Assembly (NCBI GenBank): GCA_021836035.1
Contig: JAKBJL010000002.1
Coordinates: forward strand, 3,691 to 67,690
Direction of reading: 5' to 3'
From: a bacterium
Lineage (GTDB): Bacteria; Patescibacteriota; Microgenomatia; JAMCZE01
DNA: 64,000 nucleotides
Below, one piece after another: positions 28,210 through 38,747 of this stretch (positions are counted from its first letter, which is position 1; each line of letters opens with the position of its first letter). The notes beneath the pieces were generated by a model. The model did no database searches. It was not told the origin of the DNA and saw nothing but the letters and a program-made list of their open reading frames with translations. Position numbers and translations under genes: made by a program.

Positions 28210-29296
28210 AAATTTCCAGGGTTTGCCGGGCCATTTTTTGCCAGGAATATCTCTTTACCCGTTCCCTGCCCCTTGCCGCTAATTTTTTTTGCAGATCAAC
28301 ATCCCGGAGAACACGGATTACTTTCCCGGAGATATCCTGCCTGTCGCCCGGATTAAAGTAATAAGCGGCTTCTCCGTAGACTTCCCGTAATACGGGTATG
28401 TCCGAACAAACCACCGGCAACCCCGAATTCATAGCGTCCAAACCGGGTATTCCGAAACCTTCAATAAACGAGGGAAAAACATATATCCTGGCCCTGCGGT
28501 AGGCGGCCACCAACTGCGCCTCGCTTAAATAACCTAAAAAAAGAAGGTATTCCCCGGCGTTGTGTTCCTTAATTAATTGCGTAAAACGCCGGGTAAAAAC
28601 GGATCTGGCGGAACTGAAAATTAATTTTACTCCGCTTGCCCGATAAACCTCTTTCCAGGCGATAATCAGATTTTCCAAATTTTTATGGGGGTAGGCATTG
28701 CCCGTATAAATGGCAAAATTATCAGGTAAAACCAAATTGCCTAAATCCCCGTGATCTTCGGGACGGATGACGGGAGCTTCGTAAGTAACCCGGATCTTGC
28801 CGGGATTAAGCCGATACCGTCTAAATAACTCTGCTTTAACGCTTTCCGAGGGAACGATAATTTTGCCGCTGAAAAAGAGCACCCAGCGGAAGAGGAAACG
28901 GTAAACCAGATATTTAAGCCAATAAACCAGCGGTTGCCGGGTGGTCGTTGCCCGCCCCCGGGACTCGTGCTTAATAAGGTCGTGGATCGTCACTACGTAA
29001 CGCCCCAGGTAAAACAGGGGTACGTTAATGCTCGGAAAATGCACCAGATCGGGACGCAGCTTATATAATAGGTATGGCAGCAGCCACTGCTCTTTGAGGC
29101 TGTATGCCACCGCTTCCGCCTCAACCTTATGAAAATTGGCAGGCAAGTTAACCTCGCTCATCATTTCCCGCCTCAGGAGCAGAAAGTATTCATTCCGGCT
29201 ATCAATACGGGCAAGCTCATATACAAGCTCCCGGGTATAAATACCTAAGCCGGTATGCGTCGGGCCCCAAAAACGACCGTCAAGACAGATTTTCAT
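28178..29296 (-). CDS. glycosyltransferase family 4
   Basis: FPSFIEGFGIPGLDAMNSGLPVVCS is the GT4 signature. Confidence 0.8.
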   Translation of the reverse strand: MKICLDGRFWGPTHTGLGIYTRELVYELARIDSRNEYFLLLRREMMSEVNLPANFHKVEAEAVAYSLKEQWLLPYLLYKLRPDLVHFPSINVPLFYLGRYVVTIHDLIKHESRGRATTTRQPLVYWLKYLVYRFLFRWVLFFSGKIIVPSESVKAELFRRYRLNPGKIRVTYEAPVIRPEDHGDLGNLVLPDNFAIYTGNAYPHKNLENLIIAWKEVYRASGVKLIFSSARSVFTRRFTQLIKEHNAGEYLLFLGYLSEAQLVAAYRRARIYVFPSFIEGFGIPGLDAMNSGLPVVCSDIPVLREVYGEAAYYFNPGDRQDISGKVIRVLRDVDLQKKLAARGRERVKRYSWQKMARQTLEIYEDSVGLRSG

Positions 29297-30213
29297 AAAC
29301 CGAAAGAGGAAAAATACTTTTCCAGGGCAATTCCCCCGAAAACCAGACGGCTGATAAAACCGGGGTATTTATCCTGATAATGTTTCCGGTAAAAAATGCC
29401 CATCGCTTCGTAGCGGGCGTTATGCCAGAGCTTTTTGACTTCCCGGGAGGCCTTGCTCACTTCCCGTGATACTTTCTTTAAACCGCTGCTGGCTCCCCAA
29501 TAGTGAACAATCCGGACCTCCGGGTTAAACATCACTTTATAACCGAGCTGCTTTACCCGGTAACACATTTCGATATCTTCACCGTAAGAATAATAATCTT
29601 CATCAAACCAGCCGATCAGGTTGAGAATTCTTCTGCGGATCAGAAGAAAAGTGCCGGAACAGGCATCAATTTCATGGACCGTATTTAGCGGAAGATATGT
29701 CGCGGTATAACCGGAAAAAAGCTTACTGCGGGGGAAAAGCCGGGAGAGACCGGAAAAATAGCAAAGCGAGTTCCAGGGACTGGGAAAGCCGCGGTGGCTG
29801 GCATAATAAAACCTGCCGTCGGCCAGATCAACCCGGCAGGTACTGATGCCAATTGCGGTATCATCATCCATAAAAGCGACCATGCAGGGAAGAGTCTTCG
29901 GAAAAACCTTTGTATCGGAATTTAAAAACAAGACATATTCTCCGCGGCTAAAATTCCGGGCCAGATTATTGCCGCGGGTAAAACCGCAATTAAGCTTGCT
30001 CCGGACGATTTTAACCCGGGGGAAAAGACTGCCCACCATCTTTACCGAATCGTCCGTGCTGGCATTATCCACCACTATAATTTCATAATCGGGGCGGTCC
30101 GGCAGGGAGGCAAGACACTGCTCCAAAAGCTCCCGGGTATTGTAATTGAGAATTACTACCGAAAGCTTGATATTTGAGTCCTGAAAGTTAATTTCTCCGG
30201 GCGGTTTCGGCAT
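29293..30213 (-). CDS. glycosyltransferase family 2 (GT-A)
   Basis: LSVVILNYNTRELLEQCL...IIVVDNASTDDS and DxD-type GT2 motifs. The start was trimmed to MPKPPGE to remove overlap with the upstream gene. Confidence 0.75.
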   Translation of the reverse strand: MPKPPGEINFQDSNIKLSVVILNYNTRELLEQCLASLPDRPDYEIIVVDNASTDDSVKMVGSLFPRVKIVRSKLNCGFTRGNNLARNFSRGEYVLFLNSDTKVFPKTLPCMVAFMDDDTAIGISTCRVDLADGRFYYASHRGFPSPWNSLCYFSGLSRLFPRSKLFSGYTATYLPLNTVHEIDACSGTFLLIRRRILNLIGWFDEDYYSYGEDIEMCYRVKQLGYKVMFNPEVRIVHYWGASSGLKKVSREVSKASREVKKLWHNARYEAMGIFYRKHYQDKYPGFISRLVFGGIALEKYFSSFGL

Positions 30214-31399
30214 AAATGTTATCCAGGCGGCTGGAGATAACTTCCCAGTCAAAATCACGGGCGACTAATTCGTACGCTTCCCGGGAAATTCTCCCGGCTA
30301 ATTTTCGGTTGCGGATAACTTCCACCGCCATGGCGGCTAACTCATCGGGATCGTTGCTGATCAGTGCGTGAACTTTATTTATCGCCCCGATGCCTTCGAT
30401 ACCGATCTGGGTAGCTACTACCGGTAACCGGGAAGCCATCGATTCTAAAATTTTATACCGGGTGCCACCGCCTCCGAAAAGCGGGGCCAACAAAACCTGG
30501 GAAGTCTGATAAGCCGAACGGATATCTTCAATGTCCTCAGAAACCCGGATATCCAAAGAAGCAAATTTTTTAATTTCCGGAGTGGGACTTCGACCGACAA
30601 TCCAGAGGCGGGCATCCGCCATTTGTTTTTTGATCCGCGGCCAAATTTCCTTAACTAAAATCGCTACCGCTTCCCGGTTCTGCAGCCAATTAAAGTTCCC
30701 CACAAAGAGAAAAGTTCGCGCTTTTGCATCGGGCCGGTATAGCCGTTGGGAGAAAAAGAGAGTATCCACACCGTTGGGCACAATACCCACGTTTAAGCCG
30801 GGCACTAAATCGGTCATTTTCTTTTGGTCGGCTTCGGACATCGCGGCGACTTTTTTTGCTTTCCGCCAATAGTATTGCTCCCAGTACTTGTGCTTGACCG
30901 AATCGATATACAGCAGGGGTTTAAGCGACCAGAGGGGATAGAAATGCCACCAGGGGGAGGTTTCGGCATAATGCTGGTAAACCAGATATTCAATTGTCTG
31001 TTCTGCCAAAAGCACCGGAACCGGAGTTGCCGGCAGGTTCGGCATAATGTAATAAGTTTCCACATGGATTAAATCGTAATGGGTCTGATTTAATTCCCGG
31101 GCAATTCCCTCCTGAACTTTCCGGTCAAGGTACATATTGACTAAATACGGATAGAGCGAAAAGCCCGTTTTTATAATTTTCCCCGCCGAAGAAAAAGATT
31201 TATGGCGGCGAAATATCTCCACCTTTTGGCAATATTTTCTTAATTCGGCAAGGTCCGGTTCCTTTTGGTCCGTCCGTAAAAAAGAAAAGGAAGTAATCTC
31301 GTGTTTCCGGGAGAGGTTTTTTATCAAATTAAAAGTGCGTGTCTGGCCGCCGGAATTGGGCGGATAAGGTACATAAGGGGTAAACATTAAAATCCGCAT
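30188..31399 (-). CDS. glycosyltransferase family 4
   Basis: GT-B C-domain APLFGGGGTRYKILESMASRLPVVAT. Confidence 0.8.
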   Translation of the reverse strand: MRILMFTPYVPYPPNSGGQTRTFNLIKNLSRKHEITSFSFLRTDQKEPDLAELRKYCQKVEIFRRHKSFSSAGKIIKTGFSLYPYLVNMYLDRKVQEGIARELNQTHYDLIHVETYYIMPNLPATPVPVLLAEQTIEYLVYQHYAETSPWWHFYPLWSLKPLLYIDSVKHKYWEQYYWRKAKKVAAMSEADQKKMTDLVPGLNVGIVPNGVDTLFFSQRLYRPDAKARTFLFVGNFNWLQNREAVAILVKEIWPRIKKQMADARLWIVGRSPTPEIKKFASLDIRVSEDIEDIRSAYQTSQVLLAPLFGGGGTRYKILESMASRLPVVATQIGIEGIGAINKVHALISNDPDELAAMAVEVIRNRKLAGRISREAYELVARDFDWEVISSRLDNIYAETARRN

Positions 31400-31405
31400 A
31401 AACTT

Positions 31406-34400
31406 TTAATCGGGGAGTAAATTATCCGGAACCAATTGGATAATGACGTATTGATCGGTTCTGGCCAGCAGGATATAGGGGTGATTAATATCGACGGGGC
31501 TGGATCCCCCCGCCGGTCGGGACCGGGCGATCAGCCGGTTAGTTAAATCGTCAAATTTCACGCTGACATAATAATCTGCCCCCTGGCTGATCATCTCGTC
31601 AATCGGTTTTTCCACAAGCGGCCAGCCTTTAAGGCCCGTCTGGTATAAAAAGGCGGTATCCCCGTCATAGGGGGCGATCGCCAGGGCTTTTTCGTGTTTT
31701 TGCTCCACCAGAGACCAGAGCTCCCGTCCGGCGGCAACTATTTCCGGATGGTTGATGTTATATAAATCCCGGACGAAGTACCAGCCGAAACCCAACATAA
31801 AAAGCGCGGCGACAAATCCTAAGGGTAGTGCCACAAATTTCTGCAAAAACTGATCGCCGCTAAAGAGGAGATATTCCAAACCACTGCCTACCAGAATTGA
31901 AAGTGCCGGAACAATAAGGATCTGATAATAATCATGCCGGACATTGCCGGTGGCAAAAATAACCAGATATAAAACGGAGGCAAGGAAAAGTACCAGCGGA
32001 AAGAAGCGGTAGCGGCCGGAGTATTTGCGGATAAGCCCCAAACCTACCAGAACCAGGCCCCAATATCCCAGAATTAACCTGCCTATCCGATCCGCAAAAA
32101 GCCAGTACCAAAAAGCGCCTTTAAACCTGATCCCGTCACCGTTTAACAGCCAGGAATTGGCCGGAATTCCTTCCGGAAATTGGTTCATCCAAAGGCGCCA
32201 GAGAACCAGGGGAACCGCTGCCAATACCAATCCTCCCGCTAAATAAAATAAGTTTTTTACTCTCCCCCGTTTCCAACTGGCAACCATTAAATAAGCAATG
32301 GGAATCAGGAGAAAAACCGCGAAGGGTTTTACCAGTAAAGCCGTAGAGGCAAAAAACGCCGCTAAAACCACATACCGCCAGCGGTATTCTTCCAGATATT
32401 TTATGCTCCACCAAATCGCTCCCAGGGAGAGCGCCACCATCAAAGTATCCGGCAAAACAGTTCTCCCGTAGTAAATACTATATGGCGTAAAGGAGTAGGC
32501 AATAGCTGTCAGGTAAGCGATACGGCGATTTAAAATTTTCCGGCAGATCAGAAACAGCAAAAGGGCTGCCGATACTGAAGCCAAAGCCGTAGTCGCTCTC
32601 CCCGCCTCCTCAACAGAAAATTCGGGAACCAGTTTAAGCATTAAAACCGAGGCGGCGTTATATAAAGGAAATTCCACGAAACGCCATCCTTGCGGATTGG
32701 GTTTACCCGAAGGGACGGAAGAGATATCTTCAAAAGTCGGGTAGAGCCAATTAATACTTCCGGCGCGGACAAAATCGCGGGTAACCGCGGAGGTGTCCGC
32801 CTGGCGCCAGGAATGCCAATCCGCTAAAGGACTGGCTAATTTATATGTGCGTATAGCAAAAGCTACCAGCAATATAAGAGTAAGCCAGAGGAAATCGGAG
32901 AGGAAAAACCGCCAGATTCGTTGCCCGTATTCCCGCCAGGGTATTTTTAACCTCAGGGGCTGGTAATCCGCGGTAATTTTATCCCGCACAAGATATAGGC
33001 TGCCCATGGTTATTCCGGCGATTCCCCAGAAGACATAAGCGACTTTACTGGCTTCAAAGATATCAATATACATGGCATTGACCAACAAACCGCCGACCAA
33101 GCCGATAAATCCGGCACCTAGCGAATATAAAAAGGGGTCTTTAATTCCCCCGAGGGATTTGAAAGTCAAAATCGCCATGATTAACAAGGTACCGAAAAAG
33201 GCGGCAAACCCCAAAAAGCCGGTTTCCCCTAAAGCGCGCAGATAGTCGTTGTCCGTTGATTCCGCTTCCGTAAATTCGTACTTCGTAGTTTTGGTTAAGG
33301 TGGCATACCCCGTTCCCAACAAAGGATCGGTCGTAAACCCTTTAATCGCCCGCGGCCAGGTAGCGTCAAAACGGATACCGGTGGAGAGATCGTACATCAG
33401 GGCGTTTTGCGAATAAGTCCGCTGCTTCGGCACCAGAATTTTTTTACCGCTGGCTGAAGTGGTCGCCACCAGGAGGGGAATTTCTTTTCCGGTCACATCG
33501 CTGGGTTTTTGCCCCGGCTTCAGGGTACTCGGCGGCTGATCGGTTTCGGAAGTTACGGCAGCCAGGTTGTTTTCCAAAAAAAACGCTTTATCGGTCGGGC
33601 GGCTTTTTGCCGGGCTTAAAAGTACTTGCCGCAGGCCTTCAACGCGATCGGAAATTTTTAAGAGATGAAGGAAGCGTTCGGAAAGGTCGCCGAAGGAAAG
33701 CATGACAAAAAGGGAAAGAAAAACGACGGTTAGCCACCTGCTAATCCCCCATCCGACACCCCGCCGGTACATCCAGAGAAATACGACTATCGTTACGCCG
33801 CAAAGATAGGCGGCAAAGGAAATCCGGGAGGCGGTTAATATTAACAGCCAAAAACCTCCGCTGACCAAAAGCGCGATTATTAACTTGGCCCAGCGATTGG
33901 GCGCTCCGAAATAAAAACTCCAGCCTAAGGTCAGGGCGATAACCAAATAACCCGCCAAATCGTAATGACCGCCGAAAGTGGACAAGACCCGGGCATGCTC
34001 CGTAAGATAAAGCCACCAGCCCTTGGAAAATTCCCGGTTCATCGTGGAAAAAGCCGGCCAATAAAGATATTTCTGCCCGTAACCGTAAATAATCACCGCG
34101 GCCATCGTCAGGAAAAAGAGCCACAGGAAAACGCGCGCCGATTTCAGGGATCTTATGGAGCTAAAAAGAATAAAAAATAAGGAAAAATATTCGACGCGGC
34201 GTAACCAATGCAGAAAAGTCTTGCCCGCATGCAGATATTCCAGGGGGACCGTCTGTAAAATAAAGATCGCGGCAATTACCGAGAGAAAACCGAAAAAAAG
34301 GTAAGTAAAAAGGCCGGCCACCACGGGACTGAGATGAAATAAGACCTTGCGGCGCAAAAGCTGAACGATATAAAACAGGAGCGTTCCTGCGACGAATAAG

Positions 34401-34552
34401 TCCTCCAGACGGGCCCGGACGATATATCCGGGTATCACATCAAAAAGCGGCCACTTGGGATATAGCGGAATAAATACCAGTAAAAAACCGGCTAAAACCG
34501 GAAGAAGATTGTTATCCAGCCAGGAAAAAATACGGCGCATTATTGAAACCAC
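31406..34552 (-). CDS. 1048-aa fusion of an O-antigen ligase/polymerase (Wzy_C) domain and a GT39 (ArnT/PMT-like) GT-C glycosyltransferase domain
   Basis: The N-terminal half has about 12 TM helices and a Wzy_C-like loop (ASRISFAAYL...DNDYLRALGETGFLGFAAFF). The second half starts a new polytopic domain with an acidic motif after its TM1 (WRQAD) and a soluble C-terminus. Confidence 0.55.
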   Translation of the reverse strand: MVSIMRRIFSWLDNNLLPVLAGFLLVFIPLYPKWPLFDVIPGYIVRARLEDLFVAGTLLFYIVQLLRRKVLFHLSPVVAGLFTYLFFGFLSVIAAIFILQTVPLEYLHAGKTFLHWLRRVEYFSLFFILFSSIRSLKSARVFLWLFFLTMAAVIIYGYGQKYLYWPAFSTMNREFSKGWWLYLTEHARVLSTFGGHYDLAGYLVIALTLGWSFYFGAPNRWAKLIIALLVSGGFWLLILTASRISFAAYLCGVTIVVFLWMYRRGVGWGISRWLTVVFLSLFVMLSFGDLSERFLHLLKISDRVEGLRQVLLSPAKSRPTDKAFFLENNLAAVTSETDQPPSTLKPGQKPSDVTGKEIPLLVATTSASGKKILVPKQRTYSQNALMYDLSTGIRFDATWPRAIKGFTTDPLLGTGYATLTKTTKYEFTEAESTDNDYLRALGETGFLGFAAFFGTLLIMAILTFKSLGGIKDPFLYSLGAGFIGLVGGLLVNAMYIDIFEASKVAYVFWGIAGITMGSLYLVRDKITADYQPLRLKIPWREYGQRIWRFFLSDFLWLTLILLVAFAIRTYKLASPLADWHSWRQADTSAVTRDFVRAGSINWLYPTFEDISSVPSGKPNPQGWRFVEFPLYNAASVLMLKLVPEFSVEEAGRATTALASVSAALLLFLICRKILNRRIAYLTAIAYSFTPYSIYYGRTVLPDTLMVALSLGAIWWSIKYLEEYRWRYVVLAAFFASTALLVKPFAVFLLIPIAYLMVASWKRGRVKNLFYLAGGLVLAAVPLVLWRLWMNQFPEGIPANSWLLNGDGIRFKGAFWYWLFADRIGRLILGYWGLVLVGLGLIRKYSGRYRFFPLVLFLASVLYLVIFATGNVRHDYYQILIVPALSILVGSGLEYLLFSGDQFLQKFVALPLGFVAALFMLGFGWYFVRDLYNINHPEIVAAGRELWSLVEQKHEKALAIAPYDGDTAFLYQTGLKGWPLVEKPIDEMISQGADYYVSVKFDDLTNRLIARSRPAGGSSPVDINHPYILLARTDQYVIIQLVPDNLLPD

Positions 34553-35148
34553 CTCGCTCTTCCCAGGCGGTAATTTAGATCCCGATTTTTCCTTTCGCTG
34601 ATTTTCACCGCCGGGACACCCCCCACAACGGCAAAGTCCTCGATATCTTTGGTTACCACTGCTCCCGCGCCGATGACCGCTCCCCGCCCCACATGCACCC
34701 CCGGTAAAATTATCGCCCGCGGCCCGACAAAAACATAATCCCCGATGACGACCGGTTCTTCAATAACTTTACCGGCCCCGGCAAAATCCGCCTCCTGGAT
34801 ATTATGCTCGCTGTTGTAAATTAAGACCTGAGAGGCGATATCCACATGGTTGCCGATAGTTAAAGGCGCCCGTCCGTCCAGAAATACATGATCGCCGATA
34901 AGCGAATCGTTGCCTATTTTTATCCCTTGCGGCTGATAGAAACGGGCATAAGTATGGATCGTGCTGCCCTCGCCGATCTGCATACCGGCAAGGCGATAAA
35001 AGAAACGGCGGAGATGATGGAGCGGTATCCCGCCCACCCAATAAAGCCACATCAGACACCAATCAAGCCAATAATTAGCCAGCCGCTTTTTAATCTTCGG
35101 CCAGGCCGCCGCAAAGGATAGTTCCCGTCCGTATTTATCTCTAAACAT
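34540..35148 (-). CDS. hexapeptide-repeat (LbH) acetyltransferase, WcaF/NeuD-like
   Basis: IGDYVFVGPRAIILPGVHVGRGAVIGAGAVVTKDI are left-handed beta-helix hexapeptide repeats. Confidence 0.7.
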   Translation of the reverse strand: MFRDKYGRELSFAAAWPKIKKRLANYWLDWCLMWLYWVGGIPLHHLRRFFYRLAGMQIGEGSTIHTYARFYQPQGIKIGNDSLIGDHVFLDGRAPLTIGNHVDIASQVLIYNSEHNIQEADFAGAGKVIEEPVVIGDYVFVGPRAIILPGVHVGRGAVIGAGAVVTKDIEDFAVVGGVPAVKISERKNRDLNYRLGRARWFQ

Positions 35149-35156
35149 ATTTTGCC

Positions 35157-36305
35157 CTACCCCTTAGCCTCAATTAATATTTCCAGAGCCTGTTTTGCTG
35201 CTACTTCCCAATTATACCGTTTTGCCTGGCGCAAACCCAACTTAATCCTTTTTTGGCGTTCCTGCGGGGAAAGGTTAAGTACCTCCCGCAGCCGCAGGGT
35301 AATTTCGTCCGTTTGCAGGGGATTTTGAATAAAAATAGGCGCCGGGCCGCAGATCTCCGGTAAGCTGGTAACCCGCGATACAACCAGGGGAACCCCGGTA
35401 GCCATCGCTTCTACGGCCGGGATACCGAAACCCTCGTAAAGACTGGGCAAAAGATAAGCCTGGGACCCGGCTAATAATAGCGGCACGTCGGCGTCGCTGA
35501 CAAAACCGGTAAAGATTACCCGGTCGTTAAGCTCCAGCTCCTTAACTTTACCGAAAATCTGGCTGTACATCCATCCGCCCCGCCCTTCCCGGATCATCCC
35601 GGCGACCACCAGCCGGACATTTTTATCTTCCAGTTGCTTAAAAGCTTCAATCAGGCGCACTAAATTTTTCCGTGGCTGCAGGGTACCTAAATAAAATAAA
35701 TACCTCTCGCCGGTCCGGTACTTTTCTTTTACTTCCCGGATTTTTTCCGTTTGCCCGGCTACCTGCGGGTTAAAACGGTCCCGGTCATAGCCGGGATAAA
35801 CTACCCGAACTTTGTCTTCGGAAAAACCGTATTTTTCCAGGATGGCTTTTTTGCTGAATTCCGAAATCGTGAGGATTTTCCGGGCGAATTTAGCCGAGAG
35901 CAGAGTCCAATATTTTAACTGGTAGTAGTCCTTTTTCTTAAAATACTGCGGAAAAACCGTAAAAGACAGGTCCATAACGGCAATAACGGAGGGCATCGGA
36001 CAAATTAAAGGAGCGTAATGGGTGGGGGTGAAAAAGAGATCCGGCGCCCTGCCGCTAAATTTCGCTTTTAAAAGCTCTCCCTGTAGCGTAGTTAAAGTCC
36101 ATAAATTTCCGCCCGGCAGCACTTGGTAGAGCCAATTGCCGGTTTCCCGCGGCATGTCCGGTAAGGGAGCTTTTTCTAAATAGACACAAAATCGCAGCGC
36201 CGGTGTGGCTAACCGCCGCAGCCCCTTAAGCAGTTCATAACCGTACTGGCCGATACCGACGCGGTGGGTTACGTTGGCTTCGTTGCCGTTAATACCGATG
36301 ATCAT
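35157..36305 (-). CDS. glycosyltransferase family 4
   Basis: LPSLYEGFGIPAVEAMATGVPLVVS. Confidence 0.8.
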   Translation of the reverse strand: MIIGINGNEANVTHRVGIGQYGYELLKGLRRLATPALRFCVYLEKAPLPDMPRETGNWLYQVLPGGNLWTLTTLQGELLKAKFSGRAPDLFFTPTHYAPLICPMPSVIAVMDLSFTVFPQYFKKKDYYQLKYWTLLSAKFARKILTISEFSKKAILEKYGFSEDKVRVVYPGYDRDRFNPQVAGQTEKIREVKEKYRTGERYLFYLGTLQPRKNLVRLIEAFKQLEDKNVRLVVAGMIREGRGGWMYSQIFGKVKELELNDRVIFTGFVSDADVPLLLAGSQAYLLPSLYEGFGIPAVEAMATGVPLVVSRVTSLPEICGPAPIFIQNPLQTDEITLRLREVLNLSPQERQKRIKLGLRQAKRYNWEVAAKQALEILIEAKG

Positions 36306-37465
36306 TTATATTCCAGACGGTAAAGATTAAGCTTACCCAGTTTCCATGACCGGGAAACACGGACGGGTTTAAAGGCAGCTACTTCGTAGGTTCTATTATA
36401 AAGAACTTCCGCCGGTTCGGCAAAAGAAGTAACGTACAGATGGTCGGCAACGGCATATTCTCCGACCCCTAAGGGATTGGTTCCCGCCAGCTCCAGAAAA
36501 TAGCGGTAAGAGGTCGCCCGGGTATCGCTATCGGTAAAAGAGGCGATGTTAAAATTTAAACCGTTTTTCTGGTCAGCGGCAACCAGGGCGCACAAACGAC
36601 GGATATTTGCGGGATTCACGGCGGGCTGCGGCACTTGCCTGCCCAGCCAGAGCAAGCTCATGACCAGCGAGCCGGACACTGCCGCCAGACCGATTTTACG
36701 GTCCAGCTTACTTAAAAGCAGCGCCAGAACGGGCAATAAAGCCAGAAAATAATGGAAATTAAACCCGCGGTAAGCAGTATCTGCCTGAAGCAAACCCCAA
36801 TATCCCCGGAGATATAAAAAATTATGCCGTAAATCAAAAATAAGAAGCGGCGCAATCCCGACCAAAAAACCGCCCAGGATTTTGGCGATATTTTTCCGGC
36901 CGCCGGCAAAAATCAGCAGGGGCGCCAGGGCAATTGTCGTAATATGCAATTGAAACGCCAACCCCCCAAAGATACCCGCCAGAAAATATTTTTTCCTAAA
37001 AAACGCCAGCAGAAAACCGGCCGCGAAAAGAGGGATCGTGTTGGGATTCCAGGCCCAGCGGTTATAGATTACCGCCAGGGGAAAAACGGCATAAAAAGCC
37101 GCCGAAATTAAACTCCGGTTGGTAAAATAGATCAGCAATACCGTCGCCACCCCCAACAACGCCGTCCAATAATACGGACCGATCGGATCAAAACGGGAAA
37201 CGGCTAAAGCCGGGGCCATTAAATAATAATGCAGGGGCCCGAAGTAGATAATCTTATTGCCGATTTTGGTTTCCGGTCCCAGAAGCGTCAGTTTGTGTTT
37301 TAGTACCATCTCTCTTTCTATCAGGCTGTCCCGGGCTTCATCGTAATGAAAACCGGCCAGCTCCGAAAGCCGATAAAAACGCAGGAAAGAGGCGAGAAAA
37401 AGGACCAGGGCTAATGCTAAAATGGTGCGGATGGGCAAACTGATACTAGCCATCTCCTTACACAT
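36302..37465 (-). CDS. GT-C fold membrane glycosyltransferase (ArnT/PMT-like, acidic motif FHYDEA after TM1)
   Basis: About 10 TM helices. A DE motif sits in the first extracytoplasmic loop. Confidence 0.5.
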   Translation of the reverse strand: MCKEMASISLPIRTILALALVLFLASFLRFYRLSELAGFHYDEARDSLIEREMVLKHKLTLLGPETKIGNKIIYFGPLHYYLMAPALAVSRFDPIGPYYWTALLGVATVLLIYFTNRSLISAAFYAVFPLAVIYNRWAWNPNTIPLFAAGFLLAFFRKKYFLAGIFGGLAFQLHITTIALAPLLIFAGGRKNIAKILGGFLVGIAPLLIFDLRHNFLYLRGYWGLLQADTAYRGFNFHYFLALLPVLALLLSKLDRKIGLAAVSGSLVMSLLWLGRQVPQPAVNPANIRRLCALVAADQKNGLNFNIASFTDSDTRATSYRYFLELAGTNPLGVGEYAVADHLYVTSFAEPAEVLYNRTYEVAAFKPVRVSRSWKLGKLNLYRLEYK

Positions 37466-38747
37466 TCTACTCCTTTCTGCCCTGAAATTTACCGCCTGGC
37501 CGGAGGATTTATTATGGCCTTACCTTAACCTGCACGGGTTAAATTATTACCGGGAAATATTTTTGCTCTACCCCCCGCTCTACTGGTTAAGCCTGACCGT
37601 TTTTCTTAAACTGGCCGGCTTATCGATACTTTCCCTAAAAATTGCCACTTATGCAGTCGTGATTGCCACCGACCTATTGCTTTGGCGGGCAGCTTCCCGT
37701 AAATTGCTCCCGGTGCTTTTCTATATTCCTCTGCAGATATTTTTTGAAGGCAACGGTTTATGGGTAGACCAGCTGCTGGCCCCCCTTCTTCTGGCCGCTT
37801 ATTTGTTTTACCAGCGGCGGAGCTTCTTTTTCAGCGGAGTTTTTCTAGGTTTAGCCCTTATGTCCAAACAAACCGCGCTTTATTTCCTCATGGTCACGGG
37901 CTTAATGCTGCTTTCCGCTAAACCTTTTGCCCTCTCCTGGTTTAAATTCTTGGGCGGTTTGTTCTTCACCCTTTTGGTTATTATCGGCTATTTAGCTTTT
38001 AACCGGGAATTGGCCGGTTTTTTTGACAACGCCGTTATTTACGTTCTCTTCTTTCTTTCCCGGCAACCCTTGCGGGTGCAATGGCCGTCCCCCGGACAAG
38101 CTCTTACGGTTCTAATCGTTGTGCTGCCCGTCGTCTTAACTTTTTGGAAAAGATCTAACCGCTCCCTGGCTTTATTGACCGTTAGCGCGGCTCTGGGAGC
38201 TTTCAACCGCTTTGAATATTTTCATCTGCAGCCGGCCTTGCCGTTTTTAGCCCTTTATTACAATAAAAACAGGAGGGCTGCTTTTCCTCTTTACGCGCTT
38301 TTTTTGCTTTTATTTTTACGCTTCTTTCTTTTTAATTGGGGTATGGAAAACCGTTTTTTTACTGCGGATATTACGGCAAACGCGAAAAAGCTTACGACCT
38401 ACCTTAAGCCGGGGGAGCAAACGTTAATTATCAACACCTGGGATCATTATTATTTTTTAACCCAAACGCGCCCCCTCAACCGCTATTTTGTTCCTTCCAC
38501 CCCCTGGAGCCTGGATTACGACGCTATCCAGGAAAAGATCGCAAAAGGCATCAGGCGCTGCCGCCCCCCGACCATCGTTTATAATCCCTGTTTTGCGGTG
38601 GGTAAATCCTGTTATTTTCCCGCCGCCGTAGATAAAGAGATCCGGGAAAATTACCGGGAAGTTTCAAAATTGGCCGATGGGACCGGTATTTTTCAATATA
38701 ATCCAATGGGTTTGCCGCAAAAAGTCCAGACCGAAAATTGTCAGTAA
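37422..38747 (+). CDS. polytopic membrane protein, GT-C-like, on the opposite strand
   Basis: 441 aa and highly hydrophobic, with a WPED motif after TM1. It is the only plus-strand gene in the cluster. Its ends overlap the neighbouring minus-strand ORFs by 44 nt (start) and 84 nt (end). Confidence 0.5.
   Translation: MVRMGKLILAISLHILLLSALKFTAWPEDLLWPYLNLHGLNYYREIFLLYPPLYWLSLTVFLKLAGLSILSLKIATYAVVIATDLLLWRAASRKLLPVLFYIPLQIFFEGNGLWVDQLLAPLLLAAYLFYQRRSFFFSGVFLGLALMSKQTALYFLMVTGLMLLSAKPFALSWFKFLGGLFFTLLVIIGYLAFNRELAGFFDNAVIYVLFFLSRQPLRVQWPSPGQALTVLIVVLPVVLTFWKRSNRSLALLTVSAALGAFNRFEYFHLQPALPFLALYYNKNRRAAFPLYALFLLLFLRFFLFNWGMENRFFTADITANAKKLTTYLKPGEQTLIINTWDHYYFLTQTRPLNRYFVPSTPWSLDYDAIQEKIAKGIRRCRPPTIVYNPCFAVGKSCYFPAAVDKEIRENYREVSKLADGTGIFQYNPMGLPQKVQTENCQ

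Noticed and set aside
33741-34124. 127-aa same-strand alternative-frame ORF inside the 1048-aa gene
   Set aside because: It overlaps a continuous homologous reading frame and the internal alternative frame has no support.
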